A stretch of 62,895 bases of DNA, filler included, from Octopus bimaculoides (taxonomy: Eukaryota): NCBI RefSeq assembly GCF_001194135.2. It is 5 parts of 5 records of this genome, joined end to end, with 100 filler letters (N's around TTAATTAATTAA, not from the genome) between each part and the next. Parts side by side here need not be neighbours in the genome. Positions count along the whole stretch, not along the records: positions 1 to 27,950 come from NC_068983.1; 4 more parts are not named here. One strand, given 5' to 3'. The notes beneath the pieces are model-generated. The model saw nothing but the letters and a program-made list of their open reading frames with translations. It was not told the origin of the DNA and did no database searches. Below are positions 1 through 12,002 of the stretch, one piece after another. The position numbers and the translations under genes are program-made. The first letter of the stretch is position 1. Each line of letters begins with the position of its first letter.

Positions 1-31
<31 letters not shown>

Positions 32-124
32 CAAGGAAGTAAATTTATTGACAGAACTTATAAATTCGTCTGAGCGTAGAACTTCGTGTAGGCCATGCGT
101 ACGAAGTCTATGTTGTGCTCTCAC

Positions 125-248
125 CTTTCATCAATGAGAAGTAAGAAAAGAATCGAATCTTGTACGAGTAACCTTCTGGTGTACTCAAAGGGAGAAACGA
201 AGCCGAACAGCACAGTACGAGAACGTCAATGATAGTGGTAAATAATTT
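125..248 (-). CDS. Candidate internal exon of an unidentified host gene (KLFTTIIDVLVLCCSASFLPLSTPEGYSYKIRFFSYFSLMK+G)
   Basis: Minus strand: acceptor attatattctcgttctAG| at 249-250, donor AAAG|GTGAGA at 124; 124 nt; open in only one of three frames; non-repetitive sequence; hydrophobic peptide not recognised. Confidence 0.35.
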
Positions 249-270
249 CTAGAACGAGAATATAATGGCA

Positions 271-486
271 ATAATAATGGTTTCAATTTTGGCTGCAAGA
301 ACAGCAATTTGCGGGTTAGGGGATGAATCGATTACATCGCCCCCAGTGTTCAACTGCTACTTATTTTATAGATCCCGAAATGATGGAAGTCAAAGTCGAC
401 CCCGGCAGAAAAGTAATAATAATAAAGGTTTCAAATTTTGCCACAGGGGCAGCAATTTTGGGGGAGGGGATGAGTCGATTACTTTG
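271..486 (-). mobile_element. Two partial family-A SINE copies (3' parts)
   Basis: ggtttcaa(a)ttttg...gattacatcg...ttattttat...aaagtcgaccccggc matches the reverse complement of the family-A body seen ~28 times in this window. Confidence 0.85.
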
Positions 487-970
487 NNNNNNNNNNNNNN
501 NNNNNNNNNNNNNNNNNNNNNNNNNNNNNNNNNNNNNNNNNNNNNNNNNNNNNNNNNNNNNNNNNNNNNNNNNNNNNNNNNNNNNNNNNNNNNNNNNNNN
601 NNNNNNNNNNNNNNNNNNNNNNNNNNNNNNNNNNNNNNNNNNNNNNNNNNNNNNNNNNNNNNNNNNNNNNNNNNNNNNNNNNNNNNNNNNNNNNNNNNNN
701 NNNNNNNNNNNNNNNNNNNNNNNNNNNNNNNNNNNNNNNNNNNNNNNNNNNNNNNNNNNNNNNNNNNNNNNNNNNNNNNNNNNNNNNNNNNNNNNNNNNN
801 NNNNNNNNNNNNNNNNNNNNNNNNNNNNNNNNNNNNNNNNNNNNNNNNNNNNNNNNNNNNNNNNNNNNNNNNNNNNNNNNNNNNNNNNNNNNNNNNNNNN
901 NNNNNNNNNNNNNNNNNNNNNNNNNNNNNNNNNNNNNNNNNNNNNNNNNNNNNNNNNNNNNNNNNNNNNN

Positions 971-1430
<460 letters not shown>

Positions 1431-2212
1431 GAAGCTATCAAGAGGTGGTAGCATATACAATTCATTCATATATCTCATATAATACACATATACACACACA
1501 CATATGTACATGTGCACACACACACACACAAACACGCACACAGACAAAACACGTGTAAATGCTCTCAAGCACATATATATATCTATATATGTGTGTGTGT
1601 GTGCATGGTCTGTGTGTGTCTGTGTGCACGAGCTTGTTTTATGAGGTATAAACATGAACTGTATCCGTATATGAATGCATTATTTTCTCAAATTTTGATT
1701 CAGTTTTAAAAATAAATCTTTTACTTAATAGCATTCAGAATATTTCCACTCTGTGAATAGGCCTTTTGAAAACCATATTTTAGGCTGACTAAATTCTAAA
1801 CAATAATAGTTCAATGAAAGCCAGCATTCGACAATATAAATGAATTTAAGCGGAAAACAAGAAGTTAGACGCCATCGGCAGCAATTGCCGTGACTGAATC
1901 CTTTATTGTCTGCAATTTATGCTTCTGCACACAATACTATTGAACTTTGAAGTAATTTAATAGAACAAATATTAAAAACACCTGTAGCTGGTTGGAACCA
2001 ATATTAATTGTGAAGTTCACTCGAAAAATTTGGCTGTTCTGAGTAATTTACCAATGTGTATGAACTATTGCTATTTGCAGATATTTTGCGCTTTGTCGAT
2101 TTCTGTAACTCTAAATTGTGAATCACTTCAGCCATGAATATTTTATATATGAACACACATAGATATTCTGATATATTCTGTTGCACACACACACACACAC
2201 CCACACACACAC

Positions 2213-2270
<58 letters not shown>

Positions 2271-2644
2271 NNNNNNNNNNNNNNNNNNNNNNNNNNNNNN
2301 NNNNNNNNNNNNNNNNNNNNNNNNNNNNNNNNNNNNNNNNNNNNNNNNNNNNNNNNNNNNNNNNNNNNNNNNNNNNNNNNNNNNNNNNNNNNNNNNNNNN
2401 NNNNNNNNNNNNNNNNNNNNNNNNNNNNNNNNNNNNNNNNNNNNNNNNNNNNNNNNNNNNNNNNNNNNNNNNNNNNNNNNNNNNNNNNNNNNNNNNNNNN
2501 NNNNNNNNNNNNNNNNNNNNNNNNNNNNNNNNNNNNNNNNNNNNNNTATATATATATATATATGTAGATACTTGGACTATACAAATATATATACATAGAT
2601 ATATAGATACAAAAGCACACAGAGACAAGTGTGCGTTAATGTGC

Positions 2645-2970
2645 TGTTACTGTGTAGCCCTGGGTCAGTTATGATGAAGCATGCCTATAACTTAGAAATT
2701 AAGTTAATCGACTTGGTATGAACTACTGTTATCCCATGTTAGACCAGGCCTACGCTTCGTATCCAAACACACTGTGCATTACACCTTGTGGATTACCAAA
2801 GGAGCTACAGTAGTGTCATAATGTATAACGTAACAAATTTTCTATATACTCCATTCTGTTCGAGTATTGTTTGTTGTTTTTGTTGATTAACTGCAAGTCA
2901 TCCCTGATACACCTGAGATAAGGTTATAGTCAAAGGCAACTCAAACGTTATCAATACGTCTTTTTCTATA
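2645..2970 (-). mobile_element. Two degenerate 3' fragments of a family-E SINE-like repeat
   Basis: tagccctgggtcag...gcctataac and caagtcatccctgat...tagtcaaaggc resemble the reverse complement of the (AAC)n-tailed repeats at 40790-41010 and 60320-60510. Confidence 0.45.
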
Positions 2971-2974
2971 TCAG

Positions 2975-3310
2975 AAGTGCATGGCTTAGTAGTTAGAGTG
3001 TCGGGATCACAATCATGAGGTAATGAGTTCGATTCTCAGATCGAACTATATTTTGTGCTACTGAGCAAGACACTTTATTTCATGTTGCTTCAGTTCACTT
3101 ATTTGCAGAAATGAGTTGCGACGTCACTGGTGCAAAGTAGTATCGGATAACATCGGTGGCATGGAGAGGAAAGACTGGTATGCATGGGCGACTGCTGGTC
3201 TCCCATAAACAAACTTATCCAGACTTGTGCCTCGAATGATAAGTTTCTAGATGCACTCCCATGGTCATTCATGACCGAAGTGGTCTTTACCCTTTTACCC
3301 TTTACCCTTC
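2975..3310 (+). mobile_element. Family-C tRNA-derived, CORE-like SINE
   Basis: A box tggcttagtagtt, B box gagttcgattc, CORE-like ctgagcaagacactttatttc, tail catgaccgaagtggtc(tttaccc)n; homologous to 26432-26770. Confidence 0.85.
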
Positions 3311-3466
3311 TCTATATCTAGATCTATACTTTCTAATGTATTTTTATACTTCAATAAGATGTAATTCAGGACATATTCCATTACTATTTATAGCAAGTCG
3401 AGTGTCCGTGTATAAGCGGCACACCCTAATGAGTTTTAGAGATGACCTTACAAAGTAGACTTCATC

Positions 3467-3890
3467 GACACGCAATCGTTTCTGCTGCTTTATAGAAACC
3501 ACCCAACTACAGTGTTTGTGACGAATGAATTTACTGATGTAACAGTTATTTGTGAGCTGTATGTATTAAGCTGGATTAGACGGATGGTAAGACCATGTTG
3601 TAGTAATGTTGTAGCGTTTAATTGTGTTGTTGTAGCGTTTTCTACATGCACTAGACTTGTGTATTGGAGATGTTTCAGTTACCTACAGATATTTATAGTC
3701 TTCTAAAGATGTAGTAGTAATCTGAGAGTGCTGTGTTGTTCTCGCATGAGCTGCAATGTTCTTGAATGATTTAAATGTGTCTGAGAGTAGTTAAACATGC
3801 AGAGGTAAGGACTATGTTCTTTACAATAGAATGACTTTTCTATGTTGTGGTGCACTTTTCGTGTTGTGCTCAAACTGTAACTATTCAAAC
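3467..3890 (-). mobile_element. Penelope-like element 3' relic: degenerate GIY-YIG-like segment plus hammerhead-like motif
   Basis: Minus translation FYCKEHSPYLCM...HLNH...MREQH...LN resembles F.C...YIG.T...H...H...LN of PLE endonucleases; followed by ctgtagttg-ggtggttt-ctat-aaagcagc-a-GAAAC. Confidence 0.45.
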
Positions 3891-4104
3891 TACGTTATTG
3901 TCAGCCTTTTAAAGCTTTGCGTGATTCGCTGCAAAGAGACATCAGGTCCATATAGGCTTAGCATTATTAAGAACGATCCAGTATAATGTATGTGTGTGTG
4001 AGGTGTGAGAGATTACACACATACACACAGACACAGACACATAGACAGACAGACAGACAGACAGAGACACACACACACACACACACACACGCATACACAC
4101 ACAC

Positions 4105-4193
<89 letters not shown>

Positions 4194-4196
4194 TAA

Positions 4197-4230
<34 letters not shown>

Positions 4231-4331
4231 CACAGTTTTCTTGCTTTTTTTTTTCATTTTTCTGGTTCCACTTTCTGCGTCAAACTTCGCGTTTTTTTCT
4301 TTTCTTTTTTTTTCAGTTTTCGCATGTTTTC

Positions 4332-4421
4332 TCATAGATCAGCATCCTCGTTTTCAAATATGTCTAATGGCATGTACTGATCCTCAAAGACTGGTGCAGA
4401 CACATCACATGTTATACAAAT
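4332..4421 (-). CDS. Weak candidate terminal exon (ICITCDVSAPVFEDQYMPLDIFENEDADL*)
   Basis: Acceptor atagttttgcAG| at 4422-4423; only phase 0 stays open beyond a few codons; 29 codons then TGA; no homolog recognised. Confidence 0.2.
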   Translation of the reverse strand: MCITCDVSAPVFEDQYMPLDIFENEDADL

Positions 4422-4900
4422 CTGCAAAACTATTGTATCTCTAGAGCTTGAGACTGTCAGTAGCATTTAAAAAAAAATTCTATGTATATACACATGTGTG
4501 TGTGTGTATGCGTGTGTATGTATGTATAAATATGAAAGTGTTGAAATTAGCTCACTAGAAGTCAGAAATACTAACTTGACTGCCACGCTGCTTCTTTGAG
4601 AATATCCTGAAAATACTTGCCAAAATATGAATGATATGAAAATGGCCTTGAAGTGAATACGATATCATTAATTGATATATTGAAGGATTTGGGCCAAAAT
4701 ATTCAGATCTGATTATAAAATGAGGAAAACTAGAAGCACGTGTAGCAAAGTGTCTATCAATGGCTTGTCTATTTCTTGGATATCTTAAAGATGGACGAAA
4801 ACACCTGCTTGAAAAATGTTGTTCCTAGGAGCGCTAGGCGTACACTAAATCGTTGTCTACAATAGGTTAACTGCCTCAATTCTCAATATTTAGGCTTCTC

Positions 4901-5325
4901 TAAGATGGTGAGACTACTTAATTGTTAGTATGCCAGGCAAAACGCTTTGCACCATTTCGTCCGACTTTTCTTTCTGAGTTCAAATTTAGCCTAGGTCGAA
5001 TTTGCCTTTCATCCTTTTCCGGTTGATAGAATAAGTACCGGTTAAGCACTAGGATCGATGTAATCGGCTTATCCCCTCCCTCGAACATGCTGGTTGTGTG
5101 CCAAAATTTGAAACCAATATTTAGATTTCTCTAAGGTGGCAGCTGGCACAATCTTTAGCAAACCGAGGAAAATGCTTAGCGGCATTTCGTCCCTCTTGAC
5201 GCTCTAAGTTCAAATTTCGCTGTGTTCACCTTTGTCTTTCATCCTTCTTGGATGGATGAAATAAGTATCAGTTAAACACTTCCCCGAAATTTCCTGGCCT
5301 TGTGCTAAAATTTGAAATCAATATT
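4901..5325 (+). mobile_element. Head-to-tail tandem of two family-A SINEs (4901-5121, 5132-5325)
   Basis: Both run from taagNtgg... to gaaaNcaatatt; flanked and separated by three copies of caatatttagRYTTYTC. Confidence 0.9.
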
Positions 5326-5371
5326 TAGGCTTTTCATTGGACGCTACAGGAAAGTATTAACTATCAACAGA

Positions 5372-6000
5372 AATCTCTGCATCTGTAATGACAATGATTG
5401 TTTCTCATTCATCGATGAGCCAGATGCTGGACATCGATCCGAACAACATGTGAATATCGCATTATAATCCATTCGACAGCATTAACCAATGAGCATTGAT
5501 GTACATCTATGGGGTAAGTCTACTCATTTGCATACATGAGGAAAGTAGCATTATTAAGGCTGAGAAGTATTCCCAGGCTAATGACAAGAAATATACATTC
5601 TGCTAATCTGTACATGATCATGCACTGCTATGTTATCAGAAAACCTAAGAATGACAATGACAAAATACCAGAATATTCCACTTGGATCAATAACAGGCAT
5701 ATTAGCTCTCATTTTGACGGATATGCTTTTCCAATCCAGGAACTGGAAATAACATCAAAATATGTGACTCACAAGGGAAACATGGATCATCATAAAACAC
5801 CTGGATATGACAACTCATTTTGATATTGTGAAATTAGCACCAAAGAAGTAATCCACATTATAAGGAAAATGTTATCTTGTTATTATCCACATATGAGACA
5901 TAGCTTAGTGTCCAAAACATTACACAATACAAATCGTAGAAAGAATGGTCCTGAAGATTAAAGTATAAAAGTTTCGTGATACAGAATGCGAATTAACCCA
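5372..6000 (+). pseudogene. Possible ancient LINE (APE endonuclease/RT N-terminal) relic
   Basis: Scattered motifs in different frames: NLCICND, FPIQELE, KTPGYD (cf. KAPGxD), IVERMVLK; spacing shorter than expected; many stops and frameshifts. Confidence 0.3.
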
Positions 6001-7477
6001 AAATGTAAGAGAATAGTGATGGTATATATTTTGTAAGAATCTCTGTGGAATATATGCATATATACAACTTCCAGATTAATGATCATCATCGGAGTGAGGG
6101 AATTGTGTAGAGTAGTAAAAATCAGCTGTCCAGTAGACGTTGACATTAAGGTAAATGATAAATAGAATATCTTTACCGAACTGATAATGATCTGCACATA
6201 TTAAAGACATGTTATAGGTTTAGTGTTATAGATGTAATTATGGGTTCTCTTTGTTATGGAACTAACTGCTTCAGAAATAAGCACGCGATAATAGTATTCA
6301 CAAAAGCAGAAAAAGAGTCCGGCTACGCAGAAAATTAGAACAAACATAGGTGAAAACTATTCAATAAACTTTGCTTGCGATATGTACATATAGACATGTA
6401 TAGATTACAAATACACACACTCACACAGGCACGCGCACACACACACATGAACACACACATACATACATATATATATATGTATTTGTAAAATGTGAATTAT
6501 CCACTTGACAATATACAATATAAATACTTAAAAAATTCGCTCTAGAATGATCTAGGGAATTGTAATTTTTGACTGGCTATATGAACCCACAGCTTTTCGA
6601 CCTGTAACTAAATTTGACAAGTGCAAACGTACGAAACTCACTACCCTTGAGTCACTCTGTTGCTTATGCTAAATATTAATAATACATACATCATACATAC
6701 TTACATATATACATTCATACATGTGAGTGTGTGTGCATATATATATATATATACACATACACACACTCATATATATATACATGAGAGGTATTGATATCTA
6801 GAAGACCCAACGAGTGCGTGACCGTGTGTAAGCGCACGTGCGCCTGCACGTATGTATGTGCGTGTGCATGTATGTGTTTACGTATTCGCACACATATGTG
6901 TGTATGAATACATTTACGGAAGCGCGTGAGCATGCATGTATATATATGCATGAGTATGTATATGCGTATGTAAATATACGTATATATATGCGTGTGTGTA
7001 TGTATGCATATGCGCACATGAATATTACGTGTGTGCGCACGTACGTATGCCATTATGCCTTCTTTCCTCGTTTCTGATTCCTAGCTATCACAGGAACCTA
7101 AACAAACACATACATCTATTTAAAGAAATTTGACGTGCTTGTATTCTTCCCTCCACTTTAAATTTTACTAGTAAAACTAATACTCACTTTGGTATCACCC
7201 CACCTATATCTTTTCCCTACCCATCCCTTAATGCAGCTCCATCATATCAGCCCTACTCACATATCTCACACTTATTCACTCCTTACCTTCTCATCTCTTC
7301 CATCCTCTCCGCACGTTATCTTGGCCACCAACTAACTCTTTTTCTCATTTCATTCACCCTTTCTTCACTTTATTTCCACTTTTCTCTTTTCTCTCTCTCT
7401 GTTTTCTTCCTCTCATTTTCTCTTCCTGTTTTCATTTTGACCTATCTCCTCATTCTAAACATACACAACTTTCCCCC

Positions 7478-7745
7478 CGCCCATCTATTATCCGATCCTT
7501 ATTTACTACATTAATATTCCTGGTACTTTCCGTTGACTTGTTACCGTTATTCAACTGATAAAGCAAAATATGCTAAATATTCTCCTTTGTCACCTCCATT
7601 ATAGCTTTGAAAAAATAACTGTTAAAATCGAACTGCACTCTTCAAAACTTGCACTAAGCATAAAGACATGGTTGTTTATCCCGCCCACCTTCGGCTTTTA
7701 GTTCATGTATTGAAAAAACCGCATTATTTATGGGATGACCCAATG
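7478..7745 (-). mobile_element. Mariner element 5' end: TIR plus decayed transposase N-terminus
   Basis: Minus strand TTGGGTCATCCCATAAATAATGCGGTTTTTT (mariner-type TIR next to TA repeats); ATG at 7599 gives MEVTKENI*HILLYQLNNGNKSTESTRNINVV, like the mariner helix-turn-helix N-terminus. Confidence 0.8.
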
Positions 7746-7764
7746 TATATATATATATATATAT

Positions 7765-9070
7765 AAATGTAAGATCGAGGTCTAGGAAGAAAGTTAGCTT
7801 CAAGCAATTGGTACTAAATTTAAAAAACAACTTTCAGAGACAATAGTGGGTTATTGAGATGGCAGGTTGTGGATTATTTCTGTATCGAAGTACGATAAGC
7901 TGACAAAAGATCTTTTTATATATCACGGTAAGCGACCAGTGTTGCCGGGTGTGCGGAAAGGAATACAAGGATTACGAGATGGAGGAGATAAGATCCGGGC
8001 TACATATGTTTCATAGCGAGCGGAACCTCAAAAGTGGCAAATATCCAAGTGAGGTGTATACCGCAGGCTACTCATCAGGCGGAAGATATCCTGATTGAAT
8101 GAAATGTTACATTGTCACAAGGAAGTACTTTTAACACATGGAAGATTCAATTAGAATGTGTAGACAGTACAGTAGAAGAGGAGAATATAAATGTGGAGAG
8201 AAATAAGTATTAAAAGAAGAAAAAAAAATATAAGGAAGCGAGAGGAATGAAGAATTTAAGCACAATCAATTGACCGGTAGGATTCAATGGGGTTTGTTTG
8301 GCCGAATCACAACTATTAGTAGGGGGAGTGGTATTAGAAAGGAGGGAAGAGGGTGGGGAAATATTTTTGGCCAAGTGGGAGAAAAAGATATATATAAGAA
8401 AGAATGGGGAAGAGTCGTGGAGTCTACTATAGATTTTTTCAATAGAGGAATGTATATAGTGTGTGGTGAGCGTGTTTACAGTATGAAATAGTGGAGGTGT
8501 ATATTGACGTATGTACGAGTAATTTTACGGAGAGAGGGGTAGGAGGGTGAAGGCAGTTGAAATAAGAGAGGAAAAAAAGTTTAAATGGTAAGGAAAAGAA
8601 ACAGAGGGAAGTATGTAAATGACAATAAGGAATTAAAGGGGAGATATACTGTTGGTTTAATATATAGTTGTGGTGGGAGTGGATGAGCGAGAAACATTTA
8701 TGAAGGTTAGGAGGGGGAAAGCGGGGGTGGAGTTGTTAGTTGTATTTTTAGAATGGATTTAGTGACCGATATTTGAAAGTAAATATTATACTCCTGCGTT
8801 CATTAAGACAATCCATGGATTACAAAATAGCCAATACCTCGGCTATGCAGAGATTACACTTGTTATTATAGCTGTTGTATGGCTTGGCGTGGATGATTAT
8901 GGACTACTTGAGAGTGTAAGGAGTTGAATCAAACTTTAGTTTATTGATGAGCTAAGATAACTATATAGTGTTGGAAATTTTAGGGGACTTGAAGATGGAG
9001 TAGCGGTTGGTTACTTTAGCTGTGAAAATGGTGCTACAAGAGCCGATATATATGTAGTTACGGTTGGCAG
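7765..9070 (-). mobile_element. Penelope-like element 3' portion: GIY-YIG endonuclease relic (8750-9065) plus ~1 kb 3' non-coding region with a hammerhead
   Basis: Minus translation YIYIGSCSTIF...LK*SII.HAKPYN...KCNLCIAE..IL...LNERRS in one frame with 4 stops; hammerhead at 7994-8083; 7770-7890 is repeated at 11875-12000. Confidence 0.8.
7994..8083 (-). ncRNA. Type I hammerhead ribozyme (PLE-associated) with extended stem II
   Basis: tccgc-CTGATGA-GTAGC-ct-GCGG-tataca-CCTCA-(19 nt)-TGAGG-tt-CCGC-tc-GCTAT-GAAAC-ATAT-GTA-gcccgga: complete core, three stacked helices, palindromic stem III ACATATGT, GUA triplet. Confidence 0.75.
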
Positions 9071-11274
9071 TATACATATATATATATGCATATGTATATA
9101 TATATGTATANNNNNNNNNNNNNNNNNNNNNNNNNNNNNNNNNNNNNNNNNNNNNNNNNNNNNNNNNNNNNNNNNNNNNNNNNNNNNNNNNNNNNNNNNN
9201 NNNNNNNNNNNNNNNNNNNNNNNNNNNNNNNNNNNNNNNNNNNNNNNNNNNNNNNNNNNNNNNNNNNNNNNNNNNNNNNNNNNNNNNNNNNNNNNNNNNN
9301 NNNNNNNNNNNNNNNNNNNNNNNNNNNNNNNNNNNNNNNNNNNNNNNNNNNNNNNNNNNNNNNNNNNNNNNNNNNNNNNNNNNNNNNNNNNNNNNNNNNN
9401 NNNNNNNNNNNNNNNNNNNNNNNNNNNNNNNNNNNNNNNNNNNNNNNNNNNNNNNNNNNNNNNNNNNNNNNNNNNNNNNNNNNNNNNNNNNNNNNNNNNN
9501 NNNNNNNNNNNNNNNNNNNNNNNNNNNNNNNNNNNNNNNNNNNNNNNNNNNNNNNNNNNNNNNNNNNNNNNNNNNNNNNNNNNNNNNNNNNNNNNNNNNN
9601 NNNNNNNNNNNNNNNNNNNNNNNNNNNNNNNNNNNNNNNNNNNNNNNNNNNNNNNNNNNNNNNNNNNNNNNNNNNNNNNNNNNNNNNNNNNNNNNNNNNN
9701 NNNNNNNNNNNNNNNNNNNNNNNNNNNNNNNNNNNNNNNNNNNNNNNNNNNNNNNNNNNNNNNNNNNNNNNNNNNNNNNNNNNNNNNNNNNNNNNNNNNN
9801 NNNNNNNNNNNNNNNNNNNNNNNNNNNNNNNNNNNNNNNNNNNNNNNNNNNNNNNNNNNNNNNNNNNNNNNNNNNNNNNNNNNNNNNNNNNNNNNNNNNN
9901 NNNNNNNNNNNNNNNNNNNNNNNNNNNNNNNNNNNNNNNNNNNNNNNNNNNNNNNNNNNNNNNNNNNNNNNNNNNNNNNNNNNNNNNNNNNNNNNNNNNN
10001 NNNNNNNNNNNNNNNNNNNNNNNNNNNNNNNNNNNNNNNNNNNNNNNNNNNNNNNNNNNNNNNNNNNNNNNNNNNNNNNNNNNNNNNNGTGTGTGTGTGT
10101 GTGTGTGTGTGTGTGCCGTTTTTATTGGTCCCAGAGTTTATTGTGGAATGTGTATATGAGTATGTGTGTTTTATCTATGGTAGGATGGTGTGTGTATATG
10201 TGTGCACGTTTGTGTAAGTGTGTATGTGTGTTATTGGTATTTGTTAGGGTGTTGTGTGTGCGCGCGCATATGTTTGCACATATACACACATACATACATG
10301 TGTGTATGTATATATATATACATACACACATGTATGTATGTGAGTATATGTGCAAACATATGCGCGCGCACACACACACACACNNNNNNNNNNNNNNNNN
10401 NNNNNNNNNNNNNNNNNNNNNNNNNNNNNNNNNNNNNNNNNNNNNNNNNNNNNNNNNNNNNNNNNNNNNNNNNNNNNNNNNNNNNNNNNNNNNNNNNNNN
10501 NNNNNNNNNNNNNNNNNNNNNNNNNNNNNNNNNNNNNNNNNNNNNNNNNNNNNNNNNNNNNNNNNNNNNNNNNNNNNNNNNNNNNNNNNNNNNNNNNNNN
10601 NNNNNNNNNNNNNNNNNNNNNNNNNNNNNNNNNNNNNNNNNNNNNNNNNNNNNNNNNNNNNNNNNNNNNNNNNNNNNNNNNNNNNNNNNNNNNNNNNNNN
10701 NNNNNNNNNNNNNNNNNNNNNNNNNNNNNNNNNNNNNNNNNNNNNNNNNNNNNNNNNNNNNNNNNNNNNNNNNNNNNNNNNNNNNNNNNNNNNNNNNNNN
10801 NNNNNNNNNNNNNNNNNNNNNNNNNNNNNNNNNNNNNNNNNNNNNNNNNNNNNNNNNNNNNNNNNNNNNNNNNNNNNNNNNNNNNNNNNNNNNNNNNNNN
10901 NNNNNNNNNNNNNNNNNNNNNNNNNNNNNNNNNNNNNNNNNNNNNNNNNNNNNNNNNNNNNNNNNNNNNNNNNNNNNNNNNNNNNNNNNNNNNNNNNNNN
11001 NNNNNNNNNNNNNNNNNNNNNNNNNNNNNNNNNNNNNNNNNNNNNNNNNNNNNNNNNNNNNNNNNNNNNNNNNNNNNNNNNNNNNNNNNNNNNNNNNNNN
11101 NNNNNNNNNNNNNNNNNNNNNNNNNNNNNNNNNNNNNNNNNNNNNNNNNNNNNNNNNNNNNNNNNNNNNNNNNNNNNNNNNNNNNNNNNNNNNNNNNNNN
11201 NNNNNNNNNNNNNNNNNNNNNNNNNNNNNNNNNNNNNNNNNNNNNNNNNNNNNNNNNNNNNNNNNNNNNNNNNN

Positions 11275-11308
<34 letters not shown>

Positions 11309-11665
11309 GAGTCTGCCTCCTGTACAATTGTTAAGTAACTACTATAGAAATATAACTAGTTATGAGCCACAGATCAAAAATAGGAGAAATAGGCATAAAC
11401 ACAAGTATACAGTATAGTTCCTATGCGCGTTTCACCATTATGATTGTTTGGAACCCTGCAATAGGTGTTCCAAGTGCATTTAGAGACTCAACTGCAACAG
11501 ATCATCAGGGAACACTTTATTGTATCAATGTATATATGATGTCCAAAGTTGGATTGATGACAGGCATTTTATATTTATTTTGAGAAGGAAAAAGAAAGCA
11601 GTTGGATGTGAAGGAAATGTACTAGGTGCAAGAGAAATGAGGAGGGTGAGAAAACAATTAGTGAA

Positions 11666-11705
<40 letters not shown>

Positions 11706-11829
11706 TTATCATTTTTGTTGGGTTGGTTATCACTTTTGTTATTTATATGCATGTATGTGTGTGAATGTGTGTATGTGTGTGTGTGTGTATGTGTGCGTGC
11801 GTGCGTGTGTGTATGTGTGAGTGAGTGTG

Positions 11830-11860
<31 letters not shown>

Positions 11861-11874
11861 AGTAATATGTAAAG

Positions 11875-12000
11875 GTAAGATCTAAGGATCAAGGTGTAGG
11901 AAGTTATTAAACTTCGGGCAGTCCGTAGAAGTTATAAAAAACAACTTCCAGGAACAATAGAGGTTTATTGACGTAGAAGGTTGTAAATTTTTCCCATATC
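11875..12000 (-). mobile_element. Second fragment of the same PLE 3' region as 7770-7890
   Basis: Colinear match (aaaaaacaactt..ag..acaatag.gg.ttattga...g.aggttgt) to 7770-7890; cut by a SINE at 12003. Confidence 0.7.
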
Positions 12001-12002
12001 GC

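Noticed and set aside
5372-5513. Plus-strand exon ending at a perfect GTAAGT donor
   Set aside because: All three frames contain stops, and the sequence fits the LINE-relic reading better.
7770-8110. Apparent PLE reverse-transcriptase motifs (FEVP, YRD, FLDLDL) that would put the endonuclease upstream of RT (permuted PLE)
   Set aside because: The motifs fall in inconsistent frames, the second copy (11875-12000) reads FLHLDP, and the same bases fold into a well-formed hammerhead, so this is better explained as non-coding terminal repeat.
11465-11516. CTGATGA on the minus strand inside gtgttcc/ggaacac
   Set aside because: No GAAA, and the flanks form a simple short inverted repeat rather than a three-way junction.
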